Shown piece by piece: positions 1 to 12,239 of a stretch of 64,000 bases of DNA. The translations under genes and the position numbers were made by a program. This DNA is from Octopus bimaculoides (taxonomy: Eukaryota). Each line of letters begins with the position of its first letter. Within the stretch, counting starts at the first letter, position 1. The stretch covers positions 38,394,164-38,458,163 of the forward strand of contig NC_068992.1 in NCBI RefSeq assembly GCF_001194135.2, given 5' to 3'. The notes under the pieces were generated by a model. The model was not told where the DNA came from. It ran no database searches and worked only from the letters and a program-made list of their open reading frames with translations.

Positions 1-109
1 CATGGACAACTGTATGTTGGCTGCTCAAGAGTGGGCAGCAACAAAAAACCTATTTGTATATGCTCCACAAGGGAAAACAAGGAACATAGTTTACAATGAG
101 GTGTTATAA
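1..109 (+). pseudogene. C-terminus of a Helitron RepHel protein (PIF1-family helicase motif VI), with a +1 frameshift
   Basis: Frame 1 reads HGQLYVGCSRVGSNK. After one extra A in a run of six, the next frame reads NLFVYAPQGKTRNIVYNEVL* (TAA 107-109). This matches the typical Helitron helicase end HGQLYVAxSRV...KTKNIVYxEVL. Confidence 0.88.
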
Positions 110-321
110 TCAAAACAGCAAGAAAGTATGTACATGATCACCTTCTTTTACGAAACTTCATTGACTTTCATATATTTATATTGATATACATATATATATA
201 CGTGTGTTTGGGTGCGTGTGTGTATATACATCTCTATATATAAAGATGATGCGTAGTCTAGACGGCGTTTTTAGATTTCATTATTCTCTTTAACCCGGGC
301 AACGCCGGGTATTTCTGCTAG
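1..321 (+). mobile_element. 3' end of a Helitron
   Basis: The RepHel stop is followed by a subterminal GC hairpin ACCCGG-GCAACG-CCGGGT (293-310) and a CTAG terminus (318-321) followed by T, the canonical Helitron 3' structure. Confidence 0.85.
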
Positions 322-1114
322 TATATATATATATTGTTGCTATTATGTTAAACTGTCCAAATTTGGCCAAATGCGTTTTGTCAATATTTATTTTTGCTTA
401 CAACAGCTGGTTCTTTTGGTCAAACTATCATATTTCCAGCTGCTTCAGATGCCAAGATATGAAAATTGTCACAGTATAGTACAACGGCTTTGCTACAGAA
501 TGGTGAAACTATTTTTTTTCATTTTCTGGAAAAGCAATGTTTTGGACTTACGACACTTTTGCATAATAGCAACTATACACACACACACACACACACATAC
601 ACACACACATTAAAATCCAATTAAAGAGAATTTTAAAACCAAAGCAGTTTCGCTTGTCTGAGTGTCTATCCATCCATCTGTGTGTGCACGTGTGTGTGTG
701 TGGAAAAAATTTCCACAATGCAACAAGAAATATGACAAAATGGAAAATGTCCAAGAAAAGGAAAAGCAAAGAGAAAAACAGATGTAAACATGGAAATCCA
801 TTTATCAGCTCTCAACTGGATATCAATGAGGAGAGAGAGAAAGAGAGAGAGATCGAGTGAAGATTAATTACATTGTTATCTTTTTACAATGGTGTCGGAG
901 TGAAGTGAAATGGTTTGACAATGACAAAAATAATACTCAAATAATTAAAATTCAGTGAAACATGGCAATCAATCATGTCAAATGTGAGTGTTTAAAACAA
1001 TGAGGAAGCTGGGGGTGGGGAACTAACAAAACCATAGAAAGATGAAGAGATAAAAAGAAAAAGAAACATTTTCATTTCATGCAATTAAAAATATTGAACA
1101 ACTTTATATCACCT

Positions 1115-1196
1115 CGTATGTATGTATGTATGGTATGAGTTATGTTTGTATGTATGTGTATGTATGTATGTACGTGTAAATATGTATGTATGGTAT

Positions 1197-1232
<36 letters not shown>

Positions 1233-1290
1233 AAGTATGTGTGTACGTGTGTAAATATGTATGTATGAGTGTGTGTGTATGTAGATGCAG
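1115..1290. repeat. Composite (TATG)n/(TG)n microsatellite
   Basis: Visible directly in the sequence. Confidence 0.9.
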
Positions 1291-1392
1291 CCATGTGATT
1301 TAGAGTTCCACATTAATTTTATATTCTACAAAGAGTGGGATGTGTTTTTCTAAACATGTCTACTCACATATTGTTCATTATCTTGATCAACA

Positions 1393-1575
1393 TTTAACAT
1401 CCGTTTTCCATGGATTTCACATGAGCTGGCAACACCAGGATCCACAGCAGGTTCCTTTGTCTGTTTTGGCATGGTTTCTATAGCTGGATACCCTTCCTAA
1501 CACCAACCACTTTACAGAATATACTGGGTGCTTTTTACATGGCACCATCACCAGTGCTTTTTATGTGGCACCATG
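1393..1575 (-). mobile_element. SINE type A (RTE-like 3' tail), partial
   Basis: Reverse complement of the recurrent ...ggttggtgttaggaagggcatccagctgtagaaac... module. Confidence 0.65.
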
Positions 1576-1829
1576 ACTAGTGCCCTTGCACGGGCAAGCA
1601 TTACTAAGGTGGTTTGAGGATATCTTTGCAGCTGAAGTCCTTCCTACAAGTAACAGGAATCTGCTCTCAACTAGGGCAACAGTTCTGGAATGCAACAAAC
1701 ACCAGTCCCCCCACCCCCAAGTTTTTTACCATCCTTCCACTGTTCCTTCTTTATTGATGAAAAACAAAAAATCTTGCAAATTACTATTTGTAAATCTCAC
1801 GATGAGAGATATTCATCAACAGTACTTCG

Positions 1830-2072
1830 GAGTAAAGATTATTTGCCAATATAACATAGCAGTTCTGATTTAGGATGGATGTTGCTGTAATTTAGCCCCA
1901 GGAGACATCATCTCTAGCTGGCTATACGACAGCTAGATTCCTTTGTTCGAAAATATAAGGACACAGATCGTGTTGTATAGCTAGCTGGAGACGATGTCTC
2001 CTGGGACTAAAATACAGCAACATTTGTCCTAAACCAGGACTGCCATGTTATGTTGGCAAACAATCTTTACTC
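1830..2072. mobile_element. Fold-back MITE with about 100-bp imperfect inverted arms
   Basis: The left arm gagtaaagattatttgccaatataacatagc...ctatacgaca is the reverse complement, with scattered mismatches, of tgttgtatagc...caaacaatctttactc. The spacer is about 40 bp. Confidence 0.8.
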
Positions 2073-2719
2073 TAAAAGATTTTGCATCTGTACAATTCTT
2101 TCTTTGCCATAGCATTGGGCAACCTTAAGGTACCAACTCACTGGAGACCACTCCTGGTTCTCAGATACAAATTTCCTGAAATTAAAACCACCTCCTATCA
2201 TAATAATTCATATTCGAAATACCAGCTATTTTACTAAATTTACTATAGTTTACTAATTTACTACAGTTATTTTACTAAATTCTTCGTTATTTTCAAAAGT
2301 AATTGAAGCAAAGGCAGGTATTTCAACAGAGATATGTTAACATAAAGGTTAATTTTTTTTTGGTATTATTAACAAATTGTCTGGCTTCTTTTCAACCCTC
2401 ACAGGCCCACCTCCTTTGAAAAACACTGAACTAAAGGGTGAAAGGTGAACAGAAGGTTTCTCCTTTCACTGAGGTTCAATGAATATAAATATCTGAACTT
2501 TGGACAACTGACTGCTATCTTAACCTCTCAGGTCAGATGTACAAATGACTGGATACGGTCAATAAATTGATTAAAATAAAGACATCAATAATCATTAATC
2601 ATTACTTGACACTATGTTTGTTTTTTTCCTAAATTGTCAAATATCAGACAGATTTGTAACAAAGCAGTAAACGTTCACTGATCTTACAAAATACATTGTT
2701 TCTACTACAAAGACCAAAG

Positions 2720-3145
2720 ATTTTGGTGTGTTGGTGATATGCTGTGCTTGAGAAGAGCTGTCAATCCAAATGAAATCGTAGTCGTGGCTGATGCTGGTGT
2801 CACATAACTGGCACCCGTGCCAGTGACACATAAAAAGCACCTTTTGAGTGTTGGGCCTCATGGAGGCAAAGTGGCTGAGTTCCTTTCAAGTGTTGGGTCT
2901 CACAGAGGCAATGACCGAGACCTTTAGCATTATTTTGTTTCAGAAGAAGACCCATGAAGCCAAGCAAAATTGCAAATGGCATGCGTGCCAGTGGCACCCA
3001 TTACACTCTTGGAGTGGTTGGTATGAGGAAGGGCATCCAGCTGTAGAAAACTATGCCAAATCAGACTGAAGTGCAGCCTTTCAGCTTGCCAGCCCTGGTC
3101 AAACCTTCCAACCCATGGATGCTACATGATGATGATGATGATGAT
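2720..3145 (+). mobile_element. SINE type A with (GAT)n tail
   Basis: Shared module ...ggagtggttgg...aggaagggcatccagctgtagaaa...ccaacccatg ending in (gat)n, seen in more than ten places in the window. Confidence 0.8.
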
Positions 3146-3510
3146 CTGTTTCTTTCTACATTTCTTTAATTATCTGTCTTTATTAATTTATATTTATAAC
3201 TTATTTCAGTCATTAAACTGTGACCATGCTGGAGCACCACTGTCTTGAAGAATTTTTAGTTAAATGATTTGACCCCAGGACATAATTTTCTTTTTTTCTC
3301 TTTTAAACCTGTCACTTATTTTATCAATCACTTTTTGCTACACACCTGCACCTATGGATAATTTCCTCTTCCACCAGTATGGTACCATTTCACCCAACTT
3401 GCAGCCATTCACATTGCATACTCCAAATTCGATAGCATTTTCCTGCATTAATTTACCAATATCTTTGATGCATTATAATCAGTTGCTTTGCCCTTTCAAA
3501 GATCTATGGG

Positions 3511-3567
3511 ATAAAAGATTCCTTATTTGATAAAAGATTCCTTATTTGATAAAATATTCCTTATTTG
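3511..3567. repeat. 19-bp tandem repeat x3 (ataaaagattccttatttg)
   Basis: Three adjacent copies with one mismatch in the third. Confidence 0.9.
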
Positions 3568-4185
3568 AAAAACAGTTAAGGGTTAAGAACAAGAAAAGCA
3601 TCCAGCTGTAAAACCCTGCTTCAAATAACTCCCCCCCCCCCACACTGAACTAGTGTGTGTGTGTTTGTGTATGCATTGTATACGTGCACACACGTGTAGC
3701 CATAAACACAGCACAACCCTACATGAAACTGAAATTTGAAAAACACACAATTGTAAAGAAAAAAAAAATCTAAACAGATGACTAGTTTGTACTTAAAGCT
3801 GTTATAGTGTATTGTAGGCCAACAATAAATGTATGAAAGAGGTGGAGAATGAATAAAATATTTGAAAGCAGCAAAAATGTACAATGGACAATGTTAGAGA
3901 AATGACTATGAAATTATTTACTGTAAAATTACTGAAATAACTTGTGTAGGACACTTTCTTTTTCTGCAGAATAAATACGTATACTACTGCATTCGTGATT
4001 TTAAAAAATGTCTTCCCCTATCTCTGTCTGTCTACATCTCTGTATCTCTCTATGTATTTATGTCTATCTATCTATCTATCTATCTATCTCTATGTTCATT
4101 TATCTACATCTCTATCTGTCTATCTTTGATAAACATTCTTTAATTTCATTTTCCTAGAGACTGCTTTTTCTATGGAGTCTTTTAA

Positions 4186-4405
4186 CCCATAAGCATTTAA
4201 AGTAGCCATATCTAACTCAAATATTCAACCTGTTTTATATTCAAAGTAGCCAGATCTGGTCTTTCACACCTACCCTACAATGTTATAGTAAAAATAAATT
4301 ATCACATCATTGAAATCTCAAACCTGCAAGATAATGCATCATTAATTCAAGACAATGTGAAGAAATAAGCATTACATTCGGCAGAGTAATCTGAATGCAA
4401 AAGGG
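4186..4405. mobile_element. piggyBac-like MITE, family 2
   Basis: TTAA|CCC...AAGGG|TTCA ends. Similar to the copy at 29060-29233 in the opposite orientation. Confidence 0.65.
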
Positions 4406-4787
4406 TTCAGGAATAAAGATTCCTGACTGCTTTATTGAAATATCCTGGTTTGGGTGATAGTTATCCCATATCTTCACATGTCTTAAGAGGTGACTGAAAG
4501 TGTTGGTGTCTAGAAGAGCATCCATCCATTAAATACTGCCTGCAAAAAAAAAAAAAAGAAAAAGTTGTCCCCAACCCATACTAGAATGGAAAAATGGATA
4601 TGATGACCTTGATGCAAATGATTGCTTTACAACAACAACAACTAAAGATGGCACAAAGATATCAAACAAACACCTAATGAATATTGTTCGATGTTACATC
4701 CCTCAATACTCTACATCCATTCAGTTGAAGGGTCTTGTTTTGCAAATTACTTGCTGACACCACTAGTGTTAATGTACGCCCTGTTAA

Positions 4788-5002
4788 CCCTTTCGTTACT
4801 GTATTTATTTTGTGATGCTGTGTTTTTTTCAATTAATTTTAAATATAACAAAGAATTTAGTAAAATAAATTAGTCATCACTAGTGTTAGGAACTTAAATT
4901 GTGACTAAGGTTTGGTGGAAGATTTTAATTCAGAACTTTTGGAAACAAGACATTTGTACTACAGAGCCAGAGGTGATTTCAGCCAGCTTGGTACCAAAAG
5001 GG
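4788..5002. mobile_element. piggyBac-like MITE, family 1
   Basis: TTAA|CCCTTT...AAAGGG|TTAA, i.e. TTAA target duplication with CCC...GGG termini. Related copies at 35853-36236. Confidence 0.8.
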
Positions 5003-5772
5003 TTAAGGAGTTGACATTAGGAAGGGCACCCAACTCTGGAAACTATACAAAAACAGACACTGGAGCTTGGTTCAGTTCTCTGGTTTGTCTAACCCATGCC
5101 AGCATGGAAAATGAATGATAAATGATACTACAACAACTGAACTCTTTTAAAAATACTTTTAGAAGGAAATTGAAAGAAAAATAATCAGAGCTTTAAAAGA
5201 TTCACTACCAAAGCATCTGAGACCTCCATACTTGGTTTTATGATGTTAAACCGTTTTAAAGTGATCTAAATTCTAACCTTCCATCAAAATGTTAATTTAT
5301 TTTCCAAAGATTAGCTAAAAAATGACAAAAAGTTATTTTACTAAATTCTTCCTCATTTTTAAAATGAAATAAAACCAGTGTTTTTATTAGAAATATAGTA
5401 ATGAAAGGATTAATAAGGAATGAAGAATCATTGTCTTTAAATTCCAGTTTGAATATAAAACATGTAGAATATTTGGGCTGGATATGGCCGGTTTAAACAC
5501 TAAAGGGTTAACTTAGCGAAATAATGGTTCCCTAAAGAGACATTCTTGAGAAATTAACCATTACAGCTATATTTACTAGCAATCCAGACAGATGCAAAAA
5601 GAAAAAAAATCTCTGATGACCTACATGATTCATCCCTCTTCTATCACAAAAATGATCATCACTTTGATATCCACTTTTCGATACTTGCATGGGACACACA
5701 GAATTCAGTGAAACAAATTTTCTACAGCAGGATACCCTTCCTGTTATCAACCTTCACTAGTTTCCAAATTCT

Positions 5773-6100
5773 CATCATCATCATTTAGTGTCCATTGTCC
5801 AAGCTGGCATGGGTTGGACTGTTTGACCAGGGCTGACAAGCTGGAAGGCTGCAACAGACTCCAGTCTGATTTGGCATGGTTTCTACAACTGGATGCTCTT
5901 CCTAATGCCAACCACTCCATGAGTGTAATGGGTGCTTTTACATGCCACTGGCATGGGTGCTATCTGCATGACACTGGCATCTGCCACGACTGTGATTTTA
6001 CTTGGTTTGATGGGGTGTTCTTCTCAAACACAAAATAATGTCAAAGGTCTCAGTCATTGTCTCCATGAGGTCCAAAACTCGAAAGGTGCTTTTTACGTGT
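5773..6100 (-). mobile_element. SINE type A
   Basis: (cat)n tail followed by the reverse complement of the type A module. Confidence 0.8.
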
Positions 6101-6589
6101 GAGGTAATATATTTTTACAGAAGACTGAAAGTGATTGATGCTGCTTGTATGACAACCATTACACAATGCCAAGACAAAGAGACACACACACAAACAGGCT
6201 TCTTTCAGTTTCCATTGACCAAATTCACTCACAAGGCTTTGCTCAGTTCAGGGTTTTAGTAGAAGAGACTTGCCCAATATGTCACACAAGCAAATAGATT
6301 GAGATATTGGAGTTTTAAGGCTGATAGATTTAAGAATCCTGCCCAGTGAAAAACGTGGCATCTACAGAAATCTTTTAGGGAAATGATAAATGGTTCTTTT
6401 CAAACAGCTGGAAAACTTTCAGATAAAATCTTTCTGACAATCAGGAGATAAATGCTTACCATTCATAAAATAGATTATTTTGTTTTTCTCTCTTTTAGAG
6501 AAATTATCACATTAGAGTGAGGTTATTCAGCACTTCATTCATAATAAAAAACTTATCAAACATACACAAATAATAATAATAATAATAAT

Positions 6590-6900
6590 CATCGTCATTT
6601 AATGCCTGCTTTCCATGCTGGCATGGGTTGGATGGTTTGACTGAGGGCTGGCAAGCCAGAAGGCTGCACTAGGCTCCAATCTGATCTGGCAAAGTTTCTA
6701 CAGCTGGATGCACTTCCTAATAGCAACAATGCGAGAGTGTAGTGCGTGCTTTTTATGTGCCATTAGCATGAGGGCCAGCAGGCAGTACTGGCATCAACCA
6801 CGCTTGAATGGTGCTTTTTACGTGCCACCGGTACAGGAGCCAGTCAGGTGGCACTGGCAATGACCATGCTCAAATGGTGCCTTTTACATGCCACTGACAC
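6590..6900 (-). mobile_element. SINE type A with internal tandem units
   Basis: Type A module plus repeated gcttttacgtgccac... units. Confidence 0.8.
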
Positions 6901-8197
6901 GAATAACAACAACAACAACAACAATCCTTTCTAGAAGAGGGACAAGGCTGAAATTGTGGAAGAGGAGGTTATATGATTACCTTGACTCCAGTATTCAACT
7001 GGTACTTATTTTATAGACCCTGAAAGGATGAAAGGCAAAGTCAATCTTGATGAAATAAATTTAGGCAGGAGTTTTGAGGGAAGGTGGTCAGCCAATTACA
7101 ACAACTCTAGTAATTCATTTATAACTGGTTCATTATTGACACCCCACCCTCCACCCCACTGAGGGATGAAAGGAAAATTGACCTCAGTGGGATTTGAACT
7201 CAGAATATAAAGGGCCAAAAGAAAAACCCACCAGGGAATAACAAGATACAAATACATAAATAAAGCTCTGAGTTTTGGATAAGTGGTGTTTTGCAAACAA
7301 CTTGCACATGGAAGTGCTACCAGTCGAGAACTCTGCATACTGGAAGCCAGCAAGTGTATAGGTTCATCAGGAGAGAATGCATACCGTTTTGGGGCCTACC
7401 TCTTGACGGCATCAATGCTCACTGTCCCCCCCCCCCTTCACTGATGAAGCCCCATTTGCAAGATCAACTGGTTATCAAATAAAGCTCAACATTCTTCTAG
7501 CCATTGCTCATCATCTCTTTTTAACCAAATCCAGTGGTAGCCATTTCCATTGTAGTTTGGATATCAGTCATGGTGGTATTTACTTTAGAGTTAGGCCTAA
7601 CGATAACAACAGTCCACTCACACTATGTCCAACAAACCCTCCACAAAACAAATAAAAGAGGTANNNNNNNNNNNNNNNNNNNNNNNNNNNNNNNNNNNNN
7701 NNNNNNNNNNNNNNNNNNNNNNNNNNNNNNNNNNNNNNNNNNNNNNNNNNNNNNNNNNNNNNNNNNNNNNNNNNNNNNNNNNNNNNNNNNNNNNNNNNNN
7801 NNNNNNNNNNNNNNNNNNNNNNNNNNNNNNNNNNNNNNNNNNNNNNNNNNNNNNNNNNNNNNNNNNNNNNNNNNNNNNNNNNNNNNNNNNNNNNNNNNNN
7901 NNNNNNNNNNNNNNNNNNNNNNNNNNNNNNNNNNNNNNNNNNNNNNNNNNNNNNNNNNNNNNNNNNNNNNNNNNNNNNNNNNNNNNNNNNNNNNNNNNNN
8001 NNNNNNNNNNNNNNNNNNNNNNNNNNNNNNNNNNNNNNNNNNNNNNNNNNNNNNNNNNNNNNNNNNNNNNNNNNNNNNNNNNNNNNNNNNNNNNNNNNNN
8101 NNNNNNNNNNNNNNNNNNNNNNNNNNNNNNNNNNNNNNNNNNNNNNNNNNNNNNNNNNNNNNNNNNNNNNNNNNNNNNNNNNNNNNNNNNNNNNNNN

Positions 8198-8232
<35 letters not shown>

Positions 8233-8550
8233 ATAGACTGGAAATAAAATCTCTCTCGCTCTCTCTCTGTCTTTGTGTATGTTTATATATATATATATGT
8301 ATGTATATATTTTCTAGGTTTGTGAAACTATATTGACTTTTGCTGAACATGAGAGTGACTAATTATGTACTTGAAAACTTTTCTTGCAAAAAAAGGAAAA
8401 AGAAACAATCTTTTTAAAAACTACAAAAGAGAAAGAATGAAGTAAGTCATTGTACCGAAAATTTTTTTTAAATATATATCTAATTGTATAGTACACTGAT
8501 AACTACAAGTAATTAAACCAAAGATCATTATGTAACAATATTCATCTCAC

Positions 8551-8636
8551 CTTATTGTGCAATTCCAAATGACCAGTCCGACATTTGCGGTACTTTTGGA
8601 AAATGCAGCAAGTCTTATACAGTGGCGGCGGTCCAT
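8551..8636 (-). CDS. Candidate coding exon, product unknown (MDRRHCIRLAAFSKSTANVGLVIWNCTI; an alternative frame is also open)
   Basis: Consensus donor AAG|GTGAGA at 8551, aaagATGG start context, and a locally GC/CpG-richer non-repetitive sequence. No homolog recognised. Confidence 0.2.
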
Positions 8637-9449
8637 CTTTTACACAATATTTCATATCAAATGGACTACCATATTGCTGGTAACAACACATTTGGACTTG
8701 AAGTTTTATCAATTCGACAACACCATTTATGAATTATATAAATTGTAGTTGACATGTGCAGAGAGAAGAAGAAGCCATCCTAGACATGTTTAAAGCCTTA
8801 CATAAATTGAATTCCAGTAAAATCTTTAGCTGCTGCCACTTGGTGAATAAACTGTTTCAAAAATGCTTGCAGGTTGTTTTCATAAATAGACTTGCAAAAA
8901 CATCACACACTATGTTTTTTTTTAAACACTTTGAATTTACTCAAAGAAATATTTGCATGAAAAATATATAAAAGTCTTGTTCTTTCTTCTTTTTTTCAAA
9001 GCTACCAATTCATTAATTAAAACTTGTCTTATGTAACTTCGAACTGCTTCCAACTGATATAGTAATAATGTGTATGTGATATTGTTGTTAAGTTTGACAA
9101 AGTTGTTATGCCACTGAGTGTGTGTGTGTGTGTGTGTGTGTGTTTATCCAGCCTTAACGCACACAATCTGTTGTTGTTGGTGGTGGTGGTGGTGGTGTTG
9201 TTGCTGCCAGGAAGACTGGATTATAGTTGAAAGCATAATTTAAAATAATAACATCACTGACTTGTTGATTGTAATGGCAACGACTGGAAATAGCAACAAG
9301 CAAAAGTGATAAAGTCACAAAGTAGCCACTAGTGTTTTATTTGTTTATTATCTACATAGAAGGTTAGCTTCTTCCAAAAGATATGTTTCTGAATGACATT
9401 ATTACCTTATATGTCTCTCTGTATATACAATGTGTAGGTGTTGGTCAGA

Positions 9450-9636
9450 GGAGAGAGAGGGAGGGAGAAAGAGAGGGAGAGAGAGAAAAAGAAAGAGAGG
9501 GAGAGAGAGAAAAAGAAAGAGAGGGAGAGAGAGAAAAAGAAAGAGGGAGAGAGAGAAAAAGAAAGAGAGGGAGAGAGAGAAAAAGAGAGAGGGAGAGAGA
9601 GAAAAAGAAAGAGAGGGAGAGAGAGAAAAAGAGAGA
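9450..9636. repeat. Homopurine minisatellite, 22-bp unit (gagggagagagagaaaaagaaa) x about 8
   Basis: Visible directly in the sequence. Confidence 0.9.
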
Positions 9637-10990
9637 GTATGGGTGGTAGGGAGAGCAGTGCATAACAAAAGTGAAGAGCAACAAAAAAAAAAGTTTAAAA
9701 AAATTTGCAATATTTTTTTTAAAAAGCTAAAAAAAAAAAACCTGCAGCAATTATCTGGAGCTTGGCAACGTATTTTATTTTGGCCTTCAATCAGGTAAAA
9801 AATAATTGAAGGAAGCAAACAGAAGAATGAAGCCAGATGGTTTTGGTTTAAATGACTTCTTCATCCTGTTAATATTTGTTTGTTTGATTAACAAACCAAA
9901 CAAGTAATTAAATACAGGTTAAAAAGATCAGTTTTACAATTAAAACAATTGTTGTTACTCGAACTCGTTAATGTCATAAATTGTTTTGCTTCTTCTCAAG
10001 ATTATCATGCTCTGCTGAAAGCTGAAACGGCAGGGTTGCTAATATTCAACAACAATCTGCATGTAATATTTAAAAACATACTTAGATGTAGATATGGTTG
10101 AATGGTTACGAAGTTTGTTTTCTACCTGTGTGGTTTTGGGTCCAATCCCACTACACAGCACCTTGGGCAAGTGTCTCCTACTTTAACCAAGGCCCTGTGA
10201 GTGAATTTGGAAGATTGGCTGGTGACAGGAAAGGCATCCAGCTGTAGGAAATCTGCTTCAATGAATTCTGTATGATCCATGCAAACACAGAAAAGTGGAC
10301 AGCATGAAGTGACCCTAGTACTGATATTGTTTTGTTAAGCACTGTACTTATTCTATCAGACTCTTTTGCTGAACTAAGTTACAGAGATGTAAACACACCA
10401 ACACCAGTTGTCAAGCAGTGGTGGAGGACAAACACACACACACACACACATACACACACACACACACACACACATCAGCCTTTTTTCAGTTTCTGTCTAC
10501 CAAATCCTCTCTCAGGGCTTTGCTTGGCCTGAGGTCATAGTAGACGAAAAGGCCCTTAGAGAATTCTTATGACCCACAAGTGGATCACAGCTCACATGTT
10601 CCTGATCCTTGTATTCAGGGGTAAGGCCTTTAAGGATGACTAAATGTAGCTCTGTTACTTGTTAAAAGCAAGTGATGAAAGATGAATTGTTCTCAGTTAA
10701 ATATCTTTAATACAGGTAGAGAAGTACTAAAGACCTAGAGACCCTTAGGCTGGTAATCTGTATAGCCATAATGGCTCAGTCAGATGTGATTTTTGACATC
10801 ATGGCTCAGCCAGACCCAGGACTTGATGTTATGAAAAAATATAAGAGATGAAGAAATAGAATAAGAACATTTCCATCATCATCATCATCATTTAACATCT
10901 ATTGTCCATAATGGTATGGATTGGATAAAAGATATTCCAAAGGCCCTTGTAAACAAGTTAAAAGGAACAACTGGGTCAAATAAGGTTAAT

Positions 10991-11262
10991 CATCATCATC
11001 ATTGTCATTTAACATCTGTTTTCCATGCTAGCATGGGTTGGACGGTTTGACTGAGGACTGGCAAGCCAGAAGGCTGCACCAGGCACTGATCTGATCTGGC
11101 AAGGTTTCTATAGCTGAATGCCCTTCCTAACACCAACCACTCCAGGAGTGTAATGGGTGCCTTTTACATGCCACCAGCATGGGAGCCAGTCAGGCGGAAC
11201 TAGCATCAACCATGTTCAGATGGCGCTGTTTACTTTCCACTGGCACGGGAGCCTGTCAGTGG
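10991..11262 (-). mobile_element. SINE type A
   Basis: Same module and (cat)n tail as the other copies. Confidence 0.8.
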
Positions 11263-11594
11263 GAGGGGCATGCCCTAAGTAAGTGCTTGGAAGGAAAATT
11301 AGAGGCAAAAACAGAGTTTCATAGGACAGTGATTAAAAGAATGATAATGACAAGTATTTTAATAAAGGTGGAATAATGCTCATACTGAGAATGTAAACTG
11401 TTGTAGAGTATGTAACAAAGACAGGGAGAAGACACAATATGAAGGAAGGACAATAACTGAAAACAATGTATACCTTATGTTTTATAAATTTGCAGCATTG
11501 AACTCAAATACTATCATAAGTTTACAAAAGATTAACTGTTTTGATACCAAACAACCTGAAACCATAATACAGTTCTATATTTAAGAGATGAGGA

Positions 11595-11674
11595 ATTATG
11601 TACATTATTTACATTTGACATATTTGTCCTCATTTTGTTTGTTGTTAACACGTTTCAGCTTCATCAGGCAGTGA

Positions 11675-11727
<53 letters not shown>

Positions 11728-11875
11728 TCGAAAAATACCTTAGGAATGAGAACCCAAGTTCGAAATTTCCCCAAGACACCTGATGAAAGCTGGAGAGTAT
11801 ATCAGCCGAAATGTTGTGTTAACAACAAACAAGATGAAGACAAATATCCGTCAAATGTAAATAGTGTAAATAATG
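11595..11875. mobile_element. Inverted-repeat element with central (AAT)n, probably derived from a Penelope-like pseudo-LTR
   Basis: tacattatttacatttgac...gttgttaacac is inverted relative to gtgttaacaac...gtcaaatgtaaatagtgta. Hammerhead cores are present in both arms. Confidence 0.7.
11775..11820 (+). ncRNA. Minimal type I hammerhead ribozyme motif, degenerate copy
   Basis: Stem I GACAC/GUGUU, core CUGAUGA(A) at 11780-11786, stem II GCUG/CAGC, GAAA at 11808-11811, then UGUU (expected CGUU). Confidence 0.65.
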
Positions 11876-12239
11876 AACCTGAAACCATCCTGGGTTCTTA
11901 GATGCAAACTTCCCTTTTTAAAAGATTATCCACATTAAAATACAACTACTATGAACACATATCATCTCAAGGGAGGAGACGTTCATGAGTGTTATTATGA
12001 ACATGCTGCCTAAAACAGTACAGTGTCTCAAAGTCCCCTTAAACTGGTGAATCATGTGTTATTATGAACATGCTGTCTAAAACAGTAGTTCTCAACTGGG
12101 GTTCAGCTAAAATTTTGTTGTTAAAATATGTGCAACACGTTATACTTCTACCAATGCACAAAATATTTTTAAAAAATCTTTCATATAACTTGTAGTTATA
12201 TTTAATTATAAAAATACTCACCTTGAAGCCACCCTTCAG

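Noticed and set aside
3330-3500. Possible old LINE RT remnant on the minus strand (CIKDIGKLMQENAIEFG...)
   Set aside because: The resemblance is too vague and no diagnostic motif is present.
7440-7475. Isolated CTGATGA/CTGAGGA motifs (also about 38818, 55466, 61128)
   Set aside because: No closing stem II followed by GAAA and no stem I, so these are not hammerheads.
7534-8350. Long ORFs of 200-256 aa (also 12765-13295, 25379-26147, 32336-33012)
   Set aside because: They are open only because they cross N gaps.
9383-9818. Overlapping R/E/K-rich and L/S/F-rich ORFs (also 13403-14062, 31089-31543)
   Set aside because: These are translations of GA/CT microsatellites.
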